A stretch of DNA of 63,295 nucleotides, filler included, from Dugesia japonica (Eukaryota), in assembly GCA_001938525.1 (NCBI GenBank). It is 6 parts of 6 records of this genome, joined end to end, with 100 filler letters (N's around TTAATTAATTAA, not from the genome) between each part and the next. Parts side by side here need not be neighbours in the genome. Positions count along the whole stretch, not along the records: positions 10,283 to 18,631 come from MQRL01587103.1; positions 18,732 to 31,317 come from MQRL01638262.1; 4 more parts are not named here. The stretch is one strand, 5' to 3'. Shown here piece after piece: positions 13,251 to 27,300 of this stretch (positions within the stretch are counted from its first letter, which is position 1; each line of letters starts with the position of its first letter). A program made the translations under genes and the position numbers. The notes below the pieces were generated by a model that saw only the letters and a list, made by a program, of their open reading frames with translations, was not told the origin of the DNA and ran no database searches.

Positions 13251-16200
13251 TATATATATATAATAATAATAATGAATAATATTAATAATCAATAATACCT
13301 TTAATTGTTACTATATAAATCGACTGACTAGTTTTGCAGTTATATTTACTAAATATATTTGGTGTGAACATACTCGAACATAAATAAATAATAATTCTAT
13401 TTCTAATGTTCATATAATAACATCATTTCTGTTTAAAAATATTTTTATTTGTTATGAATATATTGAATAAATATTATTAAAATATTTTATGTGCCTCGTG
13501 ATATTGAGTTTATTTTTTCGATTATTTAATAAATAAATCAAATACTGAAGATAATATTAAATTGTCTGATATAATAAAAAATTCTTTTAATTCGAATAAT
13601 AATTACATTTATAGTTTACATAAAAATACATGTAATTTGGATATTTTGTATAATGAGAAAATATCTAAGATCTCTTCTAGTAGGATGAATGGACATTCTC
13701 TTGATTTAAAATGCATTTTTCGACTATCAAAAAGTGAGAAAAAAACAGCTTTCTCACTCATTTTCTATGTTTTCAAAATTAATCAAACTGAAAGAGTCTT
13801 TTCATTAATACAAGATAATTAACGATGAAATTTTGAAATTTAAATGATTTTTTTTAATTGATAATCTTCATCATTTATTCTATAGAAATAGTATTCTTTA
13901 TGCCGTAATTAAAATGTCTCATGTTTATTAAGACTAATAAACCCAAAACTGTAAAAAAATATTTATCCTGTTGTAAAAACTTTGTTGAAATAATTATTAT
14001 CATGCTCCTCAATAAGAGATTTTTATTTTCTTTGTAGAGTAGAATTCAAAACCCAAAGCATAAATCAAATAATATTCTTAAATTGGTAAAGTGGTAAATT
14101 ACAAGATTTTTTAATTAAATCCAATATTAAATTTGAGAATGATAACTTTGTTTATTTTTATTTATTAGATAGATAATCCATTAGTTATAATATTTCAACC
14201 GATAATAAATTAGTACTCTTATCTAGATCTGAATGAATTCAATCTATTTATAGAATTATTATTAATTGAAAATAAAGAAACTCAAAATTTACCTATGGTT
14301 AAATTGGTTGAAACACTTTAATAAAAGAATCAGTTTTTAAATGATATTTCTTTTGAAAATGTTAACTTGTTCGTATATCAAAATCTTTATTTCTGTCCGT
14401 TGTTTTTCTGGAAGGTTTTAAAGACATTATGTATGAACTAGGACAATTTAATTTAATCGAAATGCATAAAAAGGATGATGAATTAAAATCAATTGTATTT
14501 ATTTCGAAATATGATAAAATTGTTTAAAATTAAATCGAATTGTTTCAACTGAAAAAATTTCATAAAGTTTTGTATTCATCAATTTTTGGGAGAATATATT
14601 TTAAATTGCTTAGGAAACTGTTTTCTTATTAACTCAATAATAATATTTTAAGAAGCAGAAAAATGTATCTTGATAATTTTTTTTTGTTCCGTCAATAATT
14701 TTATTAATAAACTATCTAAACAATCTTTCTATTGGAAAATGTGTTTAGATTTTAAAAAAAAGGAAATTGTCTTCTGATATTGATTGTAAAATTGTTTAAG
14801 ATATATAATAATTGTCGTAAGATTTGTAGCTATGAAACATAACATGTTGTTTTAAAATTCTTAATAAATTAAAATTATCAATGGATAACGAAATTAAAAT
14901 GAATGTGATATCGGAAACCATAAATTCATTAAATCTCCCAAAATTACAATAATACTCTGTAAAATTTATACTCTGGAGAAATTTATGAATAGCAAATAGC
15001 GTTCCGAGAAAAGCTGTAAAATATCGCTTCATTTGTTTATAAAGAAGAGGTCATAACTAAACAAAATCGTACACAGTTCATAGAAACAGTTCATTTTCGC
15101 TTCTTCTGTATCAAAATTCTGATGTTCATTCAGGCCTCCTGCATTTTTCTGTTGTTTTAATTTCAGATGGCACTTTCTAATTAAACTCTTGAATTTTTTT
15201 TACTCCAAATCTATCTTTTTATTATATTCTTTTTCTTTAATCTTCCCGCTTAGATATAATATATAATTTTAATTAGTTAATTATTATTTTATTCATTTAG
15301 ATTTGCTCATATACTAACCACATAGGTAATTATTAATAATTACCAATGAATAATAATAATTACTAATTATTATTTATATTTACCAAAGACTCAGTTATAA
15401 TAGATAAATGACAGAGTTATAACATTAACTTTAATGTACAAATATCCCACAGGAGATGAATAACAATAAATTTAAAGGAAAAAGTGTAACGATTTTACTA
15501 GAGGAGACTGGATTCCTTGAATTAAATCTGTCCGCATACAAGTGATGAGCGAGAACCATAGATATTAATTTGTTAACAAAAATTGCTACGTGTATGCCCT
15601 CTCTGAACTTGTTATAACTATCCATCTTTCTAAATCCAAATAAACTAACAATTGATTTAATTCTGACAGGTGTCTAAAAGCCCTGTGATCATACAAAGCT
15701 TTGAATCAATGATGATACTTCACAGAACTTCAACAGTTTTTGCTAATAACTTCTATGAATAATTTTGTATAAATATTGAATCAAGTAATACAAGTTATAT
15801 GTAACCTTATCAATCATTCAAATTTTATTATTTCATTAAATTATCAATTAGTTAACAGCCAGGTCTTACTTTATTGTATAANTACTTGAAAATATATAAA
15901 TATATAAAATATATAAATAAATATAAAATAAAATAATAATTAATATAATATATGCATAAAACGATGGCAAATGTTTAATAAAAACCGTCATCATTTTGTT
16001 TAACCGTCATTATCAGACAAAATTGAAATAAATGAGTTTATTCGGTCTGTATTATTCAAACAAATATTAATTCGATTATACTGAATATAAGACGGCTAAA
16101 ATTCTTATTTTTATTTAAAATAAAATTCTTAATTTTTTTATTTGATAAATATTATTATTGGTATTATTGTTATGATTATATTATAAAATTACTACATCAA

Positions 16201-19142
16201 TTATTTGAAATATTATTTATTATTTATTTATAAATAAATCCACTACGATCTAATTGACACAGGAAACAATAAGAATTGTCAATTATTGAAACTGAAATCA
16301 GAACACGTAATTAAATATAAAAGGATATTTGTCCAGTATTTTACACTCATATAAATGTTCAATAAACAGAATATTGAATAAATAAATATTTTAAAAACAA
16401 ATTTAAATAAAATTTATTTTCAATTGCAAAGATCAAAACGATGTTTTCTATTTTTATAGAGTTCAATATTTCGGCTATGCCTTCTTCAGGAACTATTTAA
16501 ATTGGTTTTTCAAAATATTTGTTTAATACACACAGATCAATGATAAAATTAATTTTTATGAAATTATATATTAAAACGAAANTTTTAAGATTAAAAATTG
16601 TAAAAANAAATTTATTGAATAAATATATAAATAAATAGCGTTTGCACTTTAAATACAACAATTTTCACTTTTTAATATAGAAAAAATATGACCACAAAAG
16701 TAAATTGAGCTTTTAGAAACTAATTATTATTCATGTTTATTTTACTTTTATTTTGAGACTACTAAAAATTATTTGTCCTATCAATGAAATGATCTGAGAA
16801 AATTCCATAATATTTCAATGCAAACAAAGAGCAATCGTTACTAAGCAACGAATGTTTTTGATAAATTATTTANNNNNNNNNTATTAAATTCCATTAAAAT
16901 TAAATCTTTGTTTGATCATTCATTTTTCAAAATCCGAAATAGTAATTAATTTCTAAAAAATATAATAAATTTAAATTCCAAATGAATTAAATTTTCAAGC
17001 ATTTTTTTTCAATAGAAATCTAAATAAATAGAAAACCTCATTCTATAATAATAGTATTGAAATAATCTTAGCTTTCTTATCTATCTTTCTGCTGAATCGC
17101 ATAGATTGAATCAATAATGTGAAACCTCAACCAAATTTGAGTGTTAAGTAAAATGTAATCTGGAAAATTAATTATTTTCTTAATCCGCAATCAGTAGTTG
17201 CCAACGTGTGTGATTTCAGAAATAGGCTTTTCATTTTATTATTTAAGTATTTTCTCTTTAATAAAAGTCAGTAAAAAAAAGTATTACATTTTAAACATTA
17301 AAAAAAAATTTATTTTATTATACAAAGTGTGACAATAAAGTTCTAGAACTTTAGTAATAAAAACTATAAAAAGAACCTTAAAGTAACAATGTATTATATT
17401 TTATCCTTCAATATAGTCCACCATGACTTGAATACATTTTATATATTCAAAACTGTTTTTAAAAATTTTATTTTAGAATTTCTTTCAGTTTATATGTCTA
17501 ACATCTTCCTGATTATTTTCTACGTCATGAAAATTTTTTCCTTTCATAATAATTTTCAGCATGTGAATAAAAAGAAAAGTCTGTTGGTGCCAAATCCAAT
17601 GAAAAGATGAATGATCGATCATTTCTGCCACACTGAACTCAATCAACATTTTTCTTCTGATTCCTGTTTAATCATTCATAATTCTTTAAGTGAACAATCG
17701 GTTTCAAAAATTTCTTCAAATTCTTTTAAAACCAAGTTTCATCATTTCTGGCCTCAGAAAGACCTCCACTATTCTCATTATCAGTAGTATCTATACCACT
17801 AAGAAACAGTTGATCTTGATAATGTATTTATCTCATGCTTTGCTTTCAACATTTCATTGGTCTCCGCAGCCGTTTGAGATATTTAAAAAAAATTCATGTT
17901 TATTATGGAAAAGCATTTAAAATATTAGTTGATAAAAAAACTTACTTTAAATAAACAAACAGTTAATTCAAATAAACTTTTTAAAAATATCAATAAACCT
18001 AACTTGCTGACAACATCAACAAATATTCTCATAATTGTACAGTCCTGGAACTTTATTGTAATATCTTCTATAATAAATAATATATGATTTTTTTTATATC
18101 GCTTATTGTTATCTTTTCTAAGAGACTTCATCGTGTTATCCACAGTGAACGTTTAATCAAACCAACTGAAACCACTCGGGAAATGATAGCCATTGTTCGA
18201 AATAGAGAATTTCACAAAATTTTTTTCAAAGAAAATATGGTAAAAACAGAATTTTGTGTTTTTTTATTTTTGTTTTTTGAAAATATATTGTAAAAAAGAT
18301 AATTATTTTTTCATATTTAGCATAAACCTGTCCAATCAAAAATTATTTCTCCAACAAAAATTTCTGTGTTCGATATCAGCTCAGAAATGGTAAAGTAAGT
18401 TTTTGAAAAAAAACAGTTCTTCTTTCTTATAATGAAGTTATGAAAATTATCTATTGAAATCAGTTAAATTGCCAAACAGTATAAGACATTTGTAGAATTT
18501 CTAAAAAATAAAATTCTCACTACAAATGAAATAGGAATTTAAATAAAATTAAATAAAATTGAATAAATTATAAAATACTTTGTTTAAAAGAGTAAAATAT
18601 AAAGTAAAATGAAATTAAGCAAATCAAATATNNNNNNNNNNNNNNNNNNNNNNNNNNNNNNNNNNNNNNNNNNNNTTAATTAATTAANNNNNNNNNNNNN
18701 NNNNNNNNNNNNNNNNNNNNNNNNNNNNNNNTTTTGCATGCATGGCTCGCGAGATTGATTTAAACTGATGATACGACCCATCTAGCAAAAGGTTGTACAA
18801 AACTGAATTAAAGCATTCAAAATTATAAACGAAGGATCAATTATCAGAAACGCAAATATTCTTCAGTGAAAAATCCCAAAGTTTTTTAAAAAAAGATTCT
18901 ATACATTTAAATTGCGACATATTGTTAAATTAACTTCAAAATTTCAACTTGTACTCCATAGAAATCGATTTAAACAAGAATCGTATAACATAAATAGAAT
19001 TAATTAATAATTTGTCAAATCTAATAGTTACTTCATGAAAGGTAAATAAAATAATTATATTCTTTCCTGTCATAATTTCCAGAATTTTGAATTTAAAAAT
19101 ATTTATGACAAAGAATTTACCTTCAAAATAATTAATTAAACC

Positions 19143-19425
19143 ATTAGTCCCCAACCCTCGGTCCGTGGAGCAAGTTTCACCCGTCCGCAGGGATATTTCA
19201 ATTTAATTCATTTATATACTTGAGAAATTCACCTACTGTTTTTCCGCGAAAATAAGGACGTTGAAAAAACGCATATTTTGACTTTTTTAAATCCCAAAAA
19301 ATTTAAAAAGTATCTCGAATAAATTTTTCAAATTTATTTAAATCTCGAATAAATAAATTAAGTTGGTCATTAAACTAATATCAAAAAATCTCAGTGGTCC
19401 GCGACAAAAAATTGGAACGCTGACC
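19143..19425. mobile_element. hAT (Charlie-like) MITE remnant
   Basis: GC-rich ends CCCCAACCCTCGGTCCGTGGA ... GTGGTCCGCGACAAAAAATTGGAACGCTG around an AT-rich interior. Confidence 0.45.
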
Positions 19426-20027
19426 ATTACGTGGTCGAATAANNNNNNNNNNNNNNNNNNNNNNNNNNNNNNNNNNNNNNNNNNNNNNNNNNNNNAAAAA
19501 TTTTCTTTATAAAAATATCACTTAGTAAACTATAAACAGTATAACAGAATTGATATATTTAAGAAATTACGATACCTTCCTAAAATAACTCCAAAATTTC
19601 CATTTGTACGCCATAGAAATTGATTAAAACGAGAATCGTGTTATTTAAATTGAATTAATTAATAATTTGTGATATTTAATAATTATTTCATTAACTAAAG
19701 CTAAATAAATTAATTAATTAATGCTCAAGTTTGAAAACAAAATCTAAGCTTATTTCAAAATCCAACCAATTAAAATCACGATAAAAATGAAAATCGGCAC
19801 AATCACGACGAAGCACGAGCATTAGTTGAAATCAAATAAATACTCACGAGTAGAAAATTGAAATTAACATATTAAAAATTTTATATTCACCGATTCTCAA
19901 TTTAATAAATACCATGCAGCAGAAAGACACCATATGTTTGATACTGAGTGATGTTCACAGAGAAAGAAAAGAGAAAATTTGCTTTTTTTCGATAAGATAA
20001 ATAGAAAACAATATATCCAATAGATTT

Positions 20028-21152
20028 TCATAAGCAATTTTCATTATAATAATTGACCTGTCCTAAATTATTGAAACCGTATTCGTTATTATTAACCATA
20101 GATCGGTTGGAATTATCATTTTCTGTGGAAATATTTAGACTTGCAAAATTAAGAAGATTTGATGATTCAGAAATTGTGGAAAAAGGTTTCCCGGAAATTG
20201 CAGTTAATTCGTAATTTTTACATTCAGCTTCCAACCGAGTAACAGTCGCAGTGTGACTAGATGTTGATAAATCAAGTTTTTCATTAATTCTCAAACTACA
20301 ACCATCATTTATCATCGTTTCAGTGATTCGTAAAATATTTTCGGCATCATTTAATCCACTATGTTGTCGACCTTCAAATTCTAATCCAAGACTACTCAGC
20401 ATTTTTTGCATATTTAACTTGATGTCAACAGAAACTGAATAAAACTGTCGAAAACTTTTCATTATATTAATCCACTGCTTACACCAAGGTGGAAACTCGA
20501 TATTACTGATTTCACATTGGATTCTCATAAATTTAGCCATATCAGCATTACAGTCGCATACAACAGCAAAAGATTTCGCAAACATGTGATGTTTATTCAA
20601 CCATTGCTCAACTTCTGTTAAAACTTCTGGAAACGACTTTGCTTTATCTATTGTGCATTGGTTAATATTAGTTAAATCCATACAAAATCGAGATAACGAC
20701 GGATTAATATACGGTTTACAATATGCATGAAAAACATCTACTTTACGTTTCAAAACAACATCATACAGTATAATTGGAAATTCAATGATTTCATGTTGAA
20801 AATTTGAACCATTGATTTCATCACAGGTGGCTTCGAAGTCGATTATGAGGAAGTAAGCATATATTCTAGAATCATTTTGATTTGTGATTTCACTGATATC
20901 TGGATTCATTTGAATTTTCATATACTCTTTAAGGCGTTTTCTGAGAATTTCGGGGCTTCCTTTACTATTTAATCCATGATATTTTAATGTTCCAACTAAT
21001 TGTTCATCGGGCATTTTGTTGATACGATTAGTGTTCAAAATAAATTGTTTATTATTACGTTTATTATCGTCATTTTTTGACGATTTATTATAATGGCTAT
21101 TATTACTTCTTTGATCAGTATTTGATTGAGATGTGCTTGGATACTGATTCAT
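20028..21152 (-). CDS. eri1: 3'-5' exoribonuclease ERI-1 / 3'hExo (SAP domain + DEDDh exonuclease), intronless
   Basis: 374-aa intact ORF. SAP-like LKYHGLNSKGSPEILRKRLK; Exo I IIDFEATC; HEIIEFP; LSRFCMDLTNI; Exo III FEGRQHSGLNDAENI. Confidence 0.93.
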   Translation of the reverse strand: MNQYPSTSQSNTDQRSNNSHYNKSSKNDDNKRNNKQFILNTNRINKMPDEQLVGTLKYHGLNSKGSPEILRKRLKEYMKIQMNPDISEITNQNDSRIYAYFLIIDFEATCDEINGSNFQHEIIEFPIILYDVVLKRKVDVFHAYCKPYINPSLSRFCMDLTNINQCTIDKAKSFPEVLTEVEQWLNKHHMFAKSFAVVCDCNADMAKFMRIQCEISNIEFPPWCKQWINIMKSFRQFYSVSVDIKLNMQKMLSSLGLEFEGRQHSGLNDAENILRITETMINDGCSLRINEKLDLSTSSHTATVTRLEAECKNYELTAISGKPFSTISESSNLLNFASLNISTENDNSNRSMVNNNEYGFNNLGQVNYYNENCL

Positions 21153-21603
21153 TATCTAAATATTTAAAATGTATTATGTGAAAATTAAAAATATTGCAAT
21201 TATATTTAATTATAAATATAAAAATTATCTTGTAACACATACAAAACAATATCTCTGCTAACTATTAGCAGTATTATGAACAAATTTAAAATAAAATTTT
21301 TGTTAATTAATTTTATAGACAATTTAAACATTAGATACTGTGAGTTAATTAACCATCAATGTTAAAAAAATTAGTTTTAAATTTTAAAATCAAAATCAGT
21401 TAAAATAAAGTTAATTAATTATTTTAAATTATAATAAAATGTTATTCGCAAAGATAATTTTTTATTAATCAATTCTATTTAATTTTGAGATTTTTATTTG
21501 AACGCTCAAAATTTTTTTAAATTTATGAGTGATTGTTAACAGAATAATTAACATCTACTGACAATAAAAAATTATTTCTTTATTTTAATTATTTATCTAA
21601 ATN

Positions 21604-21822
21604 AGAGGTTTTCAATCTTTTTAGCAGCGGAGCACTATTTTATACTCCTCACAAATTAAAAATAAGTTATAAATAATAGATTAAAAATTATTTCTCAAAT
21701 TGAGAGAAATCAATGTATAACTTAAGAAACAAAAAATTTTAGAAATTTTAAAATTTCACAGCGTCCATGTAATTCTTCTGAGGAGCCTTTGAGATCCATG
21801 GAGCACACATTGAAAACAATTA
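21604..21822. mobile_element. Short hAT-type MITE
   Basis: Ends AGAGGTTTTCAATC...GCGGAGCAC and CCATGGAGCACACATTGAAAAC are imperfect inverted repeats. Confidence 0.45.
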
Positions 21823-23599
21823 ATCTACATTAATAAATTATAGATAAATGTATTTGAATGCTTAAAGGGTTATATAAATTAGTTATGAAGAGATAAATAT
21901 AAGTAATTAAATGAAAAACCACGAAAAAAAATTAGTTAGATAATTTATTGAATTTAATATAAGACTGCCCAATCTTTTTGTAATGTTACTTCTCAAAGAA
22001 TTGCATAAATCCAAATAAAAACTGATTTAAGAGAATCAATGTAAACTACAAATATGCATTTTTAGATAAATTATAATGAAAATAAATTTGGATATCTAAT
22101 AAATTGTTAAAACAGAAAAGTAAATGAAGGTCTAATAATGATATGAGAAAGTTATCATTGCATTAACTCTCCTATTTTAGTCACAGTTTCAAAACAACGT
22201 TTATCCATTTAAAATTGAAGTTAATCAACATAGAATCACCAGACTTTTTTTTGTATATTTTAAATTTTGTATAAAAGTCCTTCAGAATAATTATTGTTTT
22301 TGCTATTTATCCATAAAACGTTTTATTATCCTAGAACATTATCAGACAATGCAACGATATAATTAGTTGTGCCTTTCACTGACACTCACTATGCTTTGAG
22401 GTCCTTAATTTAATGCACGTGGATTTTTCATAATTTTAGTTATGTTGTTAAGTGAACCCGTTTTGTCTCAATCGCTTTTTATTCTGCATTTACACCTCCA
22501 TTGTAGTAGAAACTATAAACTCTCATGCACGTAACTTTTGATAATGAGGTTTTTGATTTTTTATAGCATTTATATAATATCCATAAATATGTATTTATAA
22601 GATTTCAGAAATAATTCACTACTTTTTACTTGGATGTTAGAAATTAACATTAGATATTATCGTCTTTAGGGCATACACATGCCAGTAAAATAAATCTCAA
22701 ACTTGAGAGCCTAAAAATAAGAAATAAATATTGCACTACAAATGAAATAAATATGTTAATTATATGTTAGTAAACTGCCCGCTTATTTTATATAAACAGA
22801 AATATCTTAGAACTATAAATTTTATTTATCATTTTCAGCTGCTATATTTTCACAAATTTTTCTAGTGATTAACCATAACTCGTCAATTATTATTGTGAGT
22901 ATGTTTTGAGCTAGTTGAAATTTTTGTGTGATTGGTGATCGTTTTTCTTGAAATTTTTTTTAAAAAAGATTTAAAATGAAATGAAAAATTAAATGACGAA
23001 AAAGTAATTGTTTTTAAATTTTAATAAGTAAACAGAAAATTTATTTTAAAAAACTCTGTTTTAAAAAATCAAATGACTAATAAGTAATTTTTTTAAATTT
23101 TAAAATTAAAAAGAAAATTTATTTTAATAGAAAATTTATTTTAAAAATCTCAATAAAAAATCAAATGGCTTTAAATAAAATTTTTAAAAAATCTTAAGAA
23201 AAGATCAATTTAAAACAGGAATTAATTTGTTTTTAAACTCAATTAGTGTTATTAGAGTTTTTTATATTAATAAATCGTTGTAATGAATTTGAATTCTGAT
23301 GTTAATGATTAGATGAGTTTTCAAAACCCAACTAACAATTATGATTACCAAATTTCTAGTAATCTTCTGAATCAATTATATATAATCGTAATCAGATTGG
23401 TTCATCAGGCATTCAATACAACAACGTGTCCGTTTGATTCCATGTTGCTGAATGTGGTTGCAATCGCTTTATTATTGAGTNGCCCGAAAAGGCGAGACGG
23501 ACGTTTGTTGTTTTAAGTCAATTATTTATATAACAAACAAATATAAATTAATTATATATTTCCAATTTTATCTGATAACCCTTTTCTTTCTTTCTTTAT

Positions 23600-24310
23600 A
23601 TTTCAACAAACCTCACAATTTCTTGTTCATAGAAAGACCTGTTTTCATTATCGAAGAAAATAGACAAAGAGTAATTGGGTTTTTCAGTAAAACTTTTCCA
23701 GTATCAGAAAAGAATTTTAGCGAAACAGATGAGAAATTTTGGCAACGGTAAAGGCCGTAATACCTTTAAATTAATTGGTACTTGGGCATAAAGTAGTAAT
23801 TTATACAGACCATCAACTGCTAGCAATGATTGGACAAAATTCATAACAGATTTATTGAATGGTATTACAAAAGTACTAACCAGTAGTTGAATTTAAATCT
23901 AGAAAAGCCAACGCAAATGCGGATTATATGTCAAGAATAAAGTTTACCGATCGTAAAAAATGAGGTAAAGACTAGTAAGGTGATCAACTTACATCAACTG
24001 ATGAATCGATAACTGATGAAACTACATGAGATAATAAATATGAACATGCTATCATAGTGGCAGTGGTTAAGGACGATATTACAGATCGGTTAATGTCAGA
24101 GACTTTTGGAAGAAATGGAGAAAAAGAAAAATTTATAAGAAAAAGCGAGTTATATTTTGGGGTGAAAGGAATCATAAACAAGAAAACAAGAAAGAATATT
24201 ACCATGCATGATTGGTGAAAGTTTAGAAGTGAAATGTGTAGACACATTTGAAAAAGAAGAAGGATTCCATGCACCAATAATGTTAGCTATTGACAAAGAA
24301 AGAGATAGTT
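23600..24310 (+). mobile_element. Older gypsy remnants, the target of the nested insertion
   Basis: VEFKSRKANANADYMSRI (~23885-23940) matches the gypsy RNase H-terminal motif K.G..N..AD.LSR. Confidence 0.5.
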
Positions 24311-24316
24311 TATGAT

Positions 24317-27300
24317 TGTTGGATATAATATTTAAGCATATTTGTTTAAATATTATTGATTTATTTAATTTTTAATAAACTTTCAAAATGTCTACTTTTG
24401 AATTACAAAATCTAACTGGCGACCACGTAGAAGTTAGTGCCATTACTAGACAGAAAAAAGAAGAGCGACAAAATATTTTAAAAATGTTACACAAGCTACT
24501 CAAGAAATGCTTTTTCCGAAGCCTATATAGTTTGATGGTTCTTTAGATACTGCAGAAGACTGGATTCAAACTACCAAGGAATTTTCCATCTTTCATCAAA
24601 TGGGAATTTTTTAGTATTTGATATGCTATTACGAGGTGATGCCAAGGCATCATGGCAAGAAACGAACACAAATGAGGACTTCAATACAAATGAAAAGTGC
24701 GAATCAGGGTTTTGATCAACATTTATTATTAATAGATTCCTAGTTGAAAAGATTATAGATCTATTAATGATGAAAAATATCGAAATTTTGAGATAAGAGT
24801 AAAAACACTTGTCCAANATATATTTTAAAACAAATGATCACCAGAGTAAATATCAAGAGTTTTATTTTGAATGAATTAAGAAGTGAAAAGCTAAAAGAAT
24901 CCTTTGCACTCCAACCAGAGTTAAATGACGAAAAACGTCGAAAATTGGCTGCAAGCCTCGATAAATTTGTAGCAAAAAGTAATGTCAATGTTATCAACGA
25001 AAGCTACGCAAGTGCAGTTAAGTAATCAACTTTTGAAAAAAATTCAATAAAATGGAAAGTGATTACAGGGGAGAATATTTTCATCACAAAGAAAATACTA
25101 CAAAATATTCTACCATTTCAAGAAAACCGACAAACGATTCAAGAATTGNNNNNNNNNNNNNNNNNNNNNNNNNNNNNNNNNNNNNAAATCTTCCAAAACA
25201 TTCTCTGGAATACGTAGCAACAAAAATTTACAATAGAATTCATGGTAAAGCTTCTCCAAGAGTCGAATTCCTACAGCCAGGTGCTTGATTTTGCTGTGGA
25301 GAAACAATACATAGACTAATAAACTGTCCTTTAAAAAATAGGTGTTTAATATGCGGTAAAGAAGGCCACGCTTTCAGAAATTTTACATTATTACAAAGAG
25401 GGCACACTAATCAAAGAATATTATGTTTAGCAGAACCAGATAGTGAAGAATCTTTAAATGAATGTAACTCATTAATTGATTTTAAACATGATGCAATAAA
25501 TATCTTAGAAAATAATGCAAAAATTGTCCAGCAACCCGATGTGTCCATCTCGTCAGTGAGGTTGCATTAAAGAATTTTAAAGAGAAAAATCGAGATATTG
25601 ATAGGAGACCTGATGTTAAACTGATGTATCAAAAACGTGATGGTAGAAATTGGAGCAGTGTAAATTGTAATGGAATTTGTATAAAAAGGTTAGGGAATTT
25701 TGGAGCGTCTGTCTCAGTGATGAGTGAAGGAATTTGGAAGAATATTGGTTCATCTAAAGTTCAATTTTCAAATGTAATGCTAGCTGGAGTATTTTCTGAG
25801 TAAAGTGAAAAATGCATAGTAAAAGCCAGAATTAAATTATTTTAGAATAAAAAGCATATAGAGAAAGAAATAATTATTGTTAAAGANACTTGTCCAAATT
25901 NTATTGGTGGTATCGATATAATGGAAGCGTTTGGAATGGGAATAAAAGAAATCAATTTCATAGATTCAAAAGATTTTATATGCAAAAATAAGAAACATAG
26001 TAATTAAAAAATTAATACATTTAAGCTAAATGTCAACAATAGAACAATTGAATTACTTGATAAATATGAACACATTTTCATGAATTCTAAATATGATGTA
26101 GGGTTAAAAAATATGACAANNNNNNNNNNNNNNNNNNNNNNNNNNNNNNNNNNNNNNNNNNNNNNNNNNNNNNNNNNNNNNNNNNNNNNNNNNNNNNNNN
26201 NNNNNNNNNNNNNNNNNNNNNNNNNNNNNNNNNNNNNNNNNNNNNNNNNNNNNNNNNNNNNNNNNNNNNNNNNNNNNNNNNAAAAAGATGGTTCTCTAAG
26301 AATGTGCCTTGATTTTAGGAAATTGAATTCGGTAACTGAAAAATTTCATTTCCTGTTCCAGATATAAATATGTTATTGGATACATTAAATGGGTCTATGT
26401 TTTTCTCGACAATTGATCTTGGACAGACATACTACCAAATTGAATTAACCGATAACTGAAAATTAAAAACAGGTTTCAGAACAAAAATAGCTTAATTTTG
26501 TTTCAATCGCATACCATTCGTATTATGCACTGCTCCTGCAAAATTTCAAAAGTTAATGCATAAATTTTTCACAAGACGTTATTTACTAGAGTGCTCGTTT
26601 ATTTTGATGACATTTTAATTTTTGGTCAGACACAAGAAATTCATGATAAACATTTACAAAATGTGTTAGAACTAAATGAGCAATTTGGCCTCAAAATTGA
26701 TCCTGAAAAATGTATATTTAGTGTATCAAAACTCAAGTTTCTTGGTCATACAATCAGTTCTAAAGATGTTGAAAAAATTATGATATTATGAATAAAGTAA
26801 AAGAGGCTGTTATACCAAAATGTGCAACCAAAATTCGAACCTTCTTAGGATTGACAAATTAATAAAGATTATGTAACAATTGCGAGTCCATTCAGCAATA
26901 ATTGGATCAAAAGAAGTCGTAGAGTGGACTGAGGAATGTGACAGCAGCTTTAAACTACTGAAAGAAAAATTATGTAGTTCTCCAATTTCGGCATTTCCAA
27001 ATCCTCAAAGTAAAATGATATTAGATACAGATGCAAGTTTCAATGCAATTGATGTTGTTTTGAGTCAATTGTCGAGAGATAGTGTGGAAACTGTTATTGC
27101 TTATGCATCTCGTAACTTGAATGATCATGAAAAAGGCTATTGTGTGACCCAAAAAGAACTATTGGCGTTACACGAATTTATGATTCATTTTAAGCATTAT
27201 CTTTACGGAAAAAAATTTATAGCCAGAACTGACCACAAGGCATTAGTGTTTATGAAGAAACAAGTAAACCAATTAGTTCACAGTTCCAGACGTGGCATAC

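Noticed and set aside
17389-18340. Possible Tc1/maT transposase remnant on the minus strand
   Set aside because: Motifs too degraded to support a call without a search.
20028-21152. Functional link between ERI-1 and the inverted element pair
   Set aside because: Separated by three artificial joins; no evidence of linkage.
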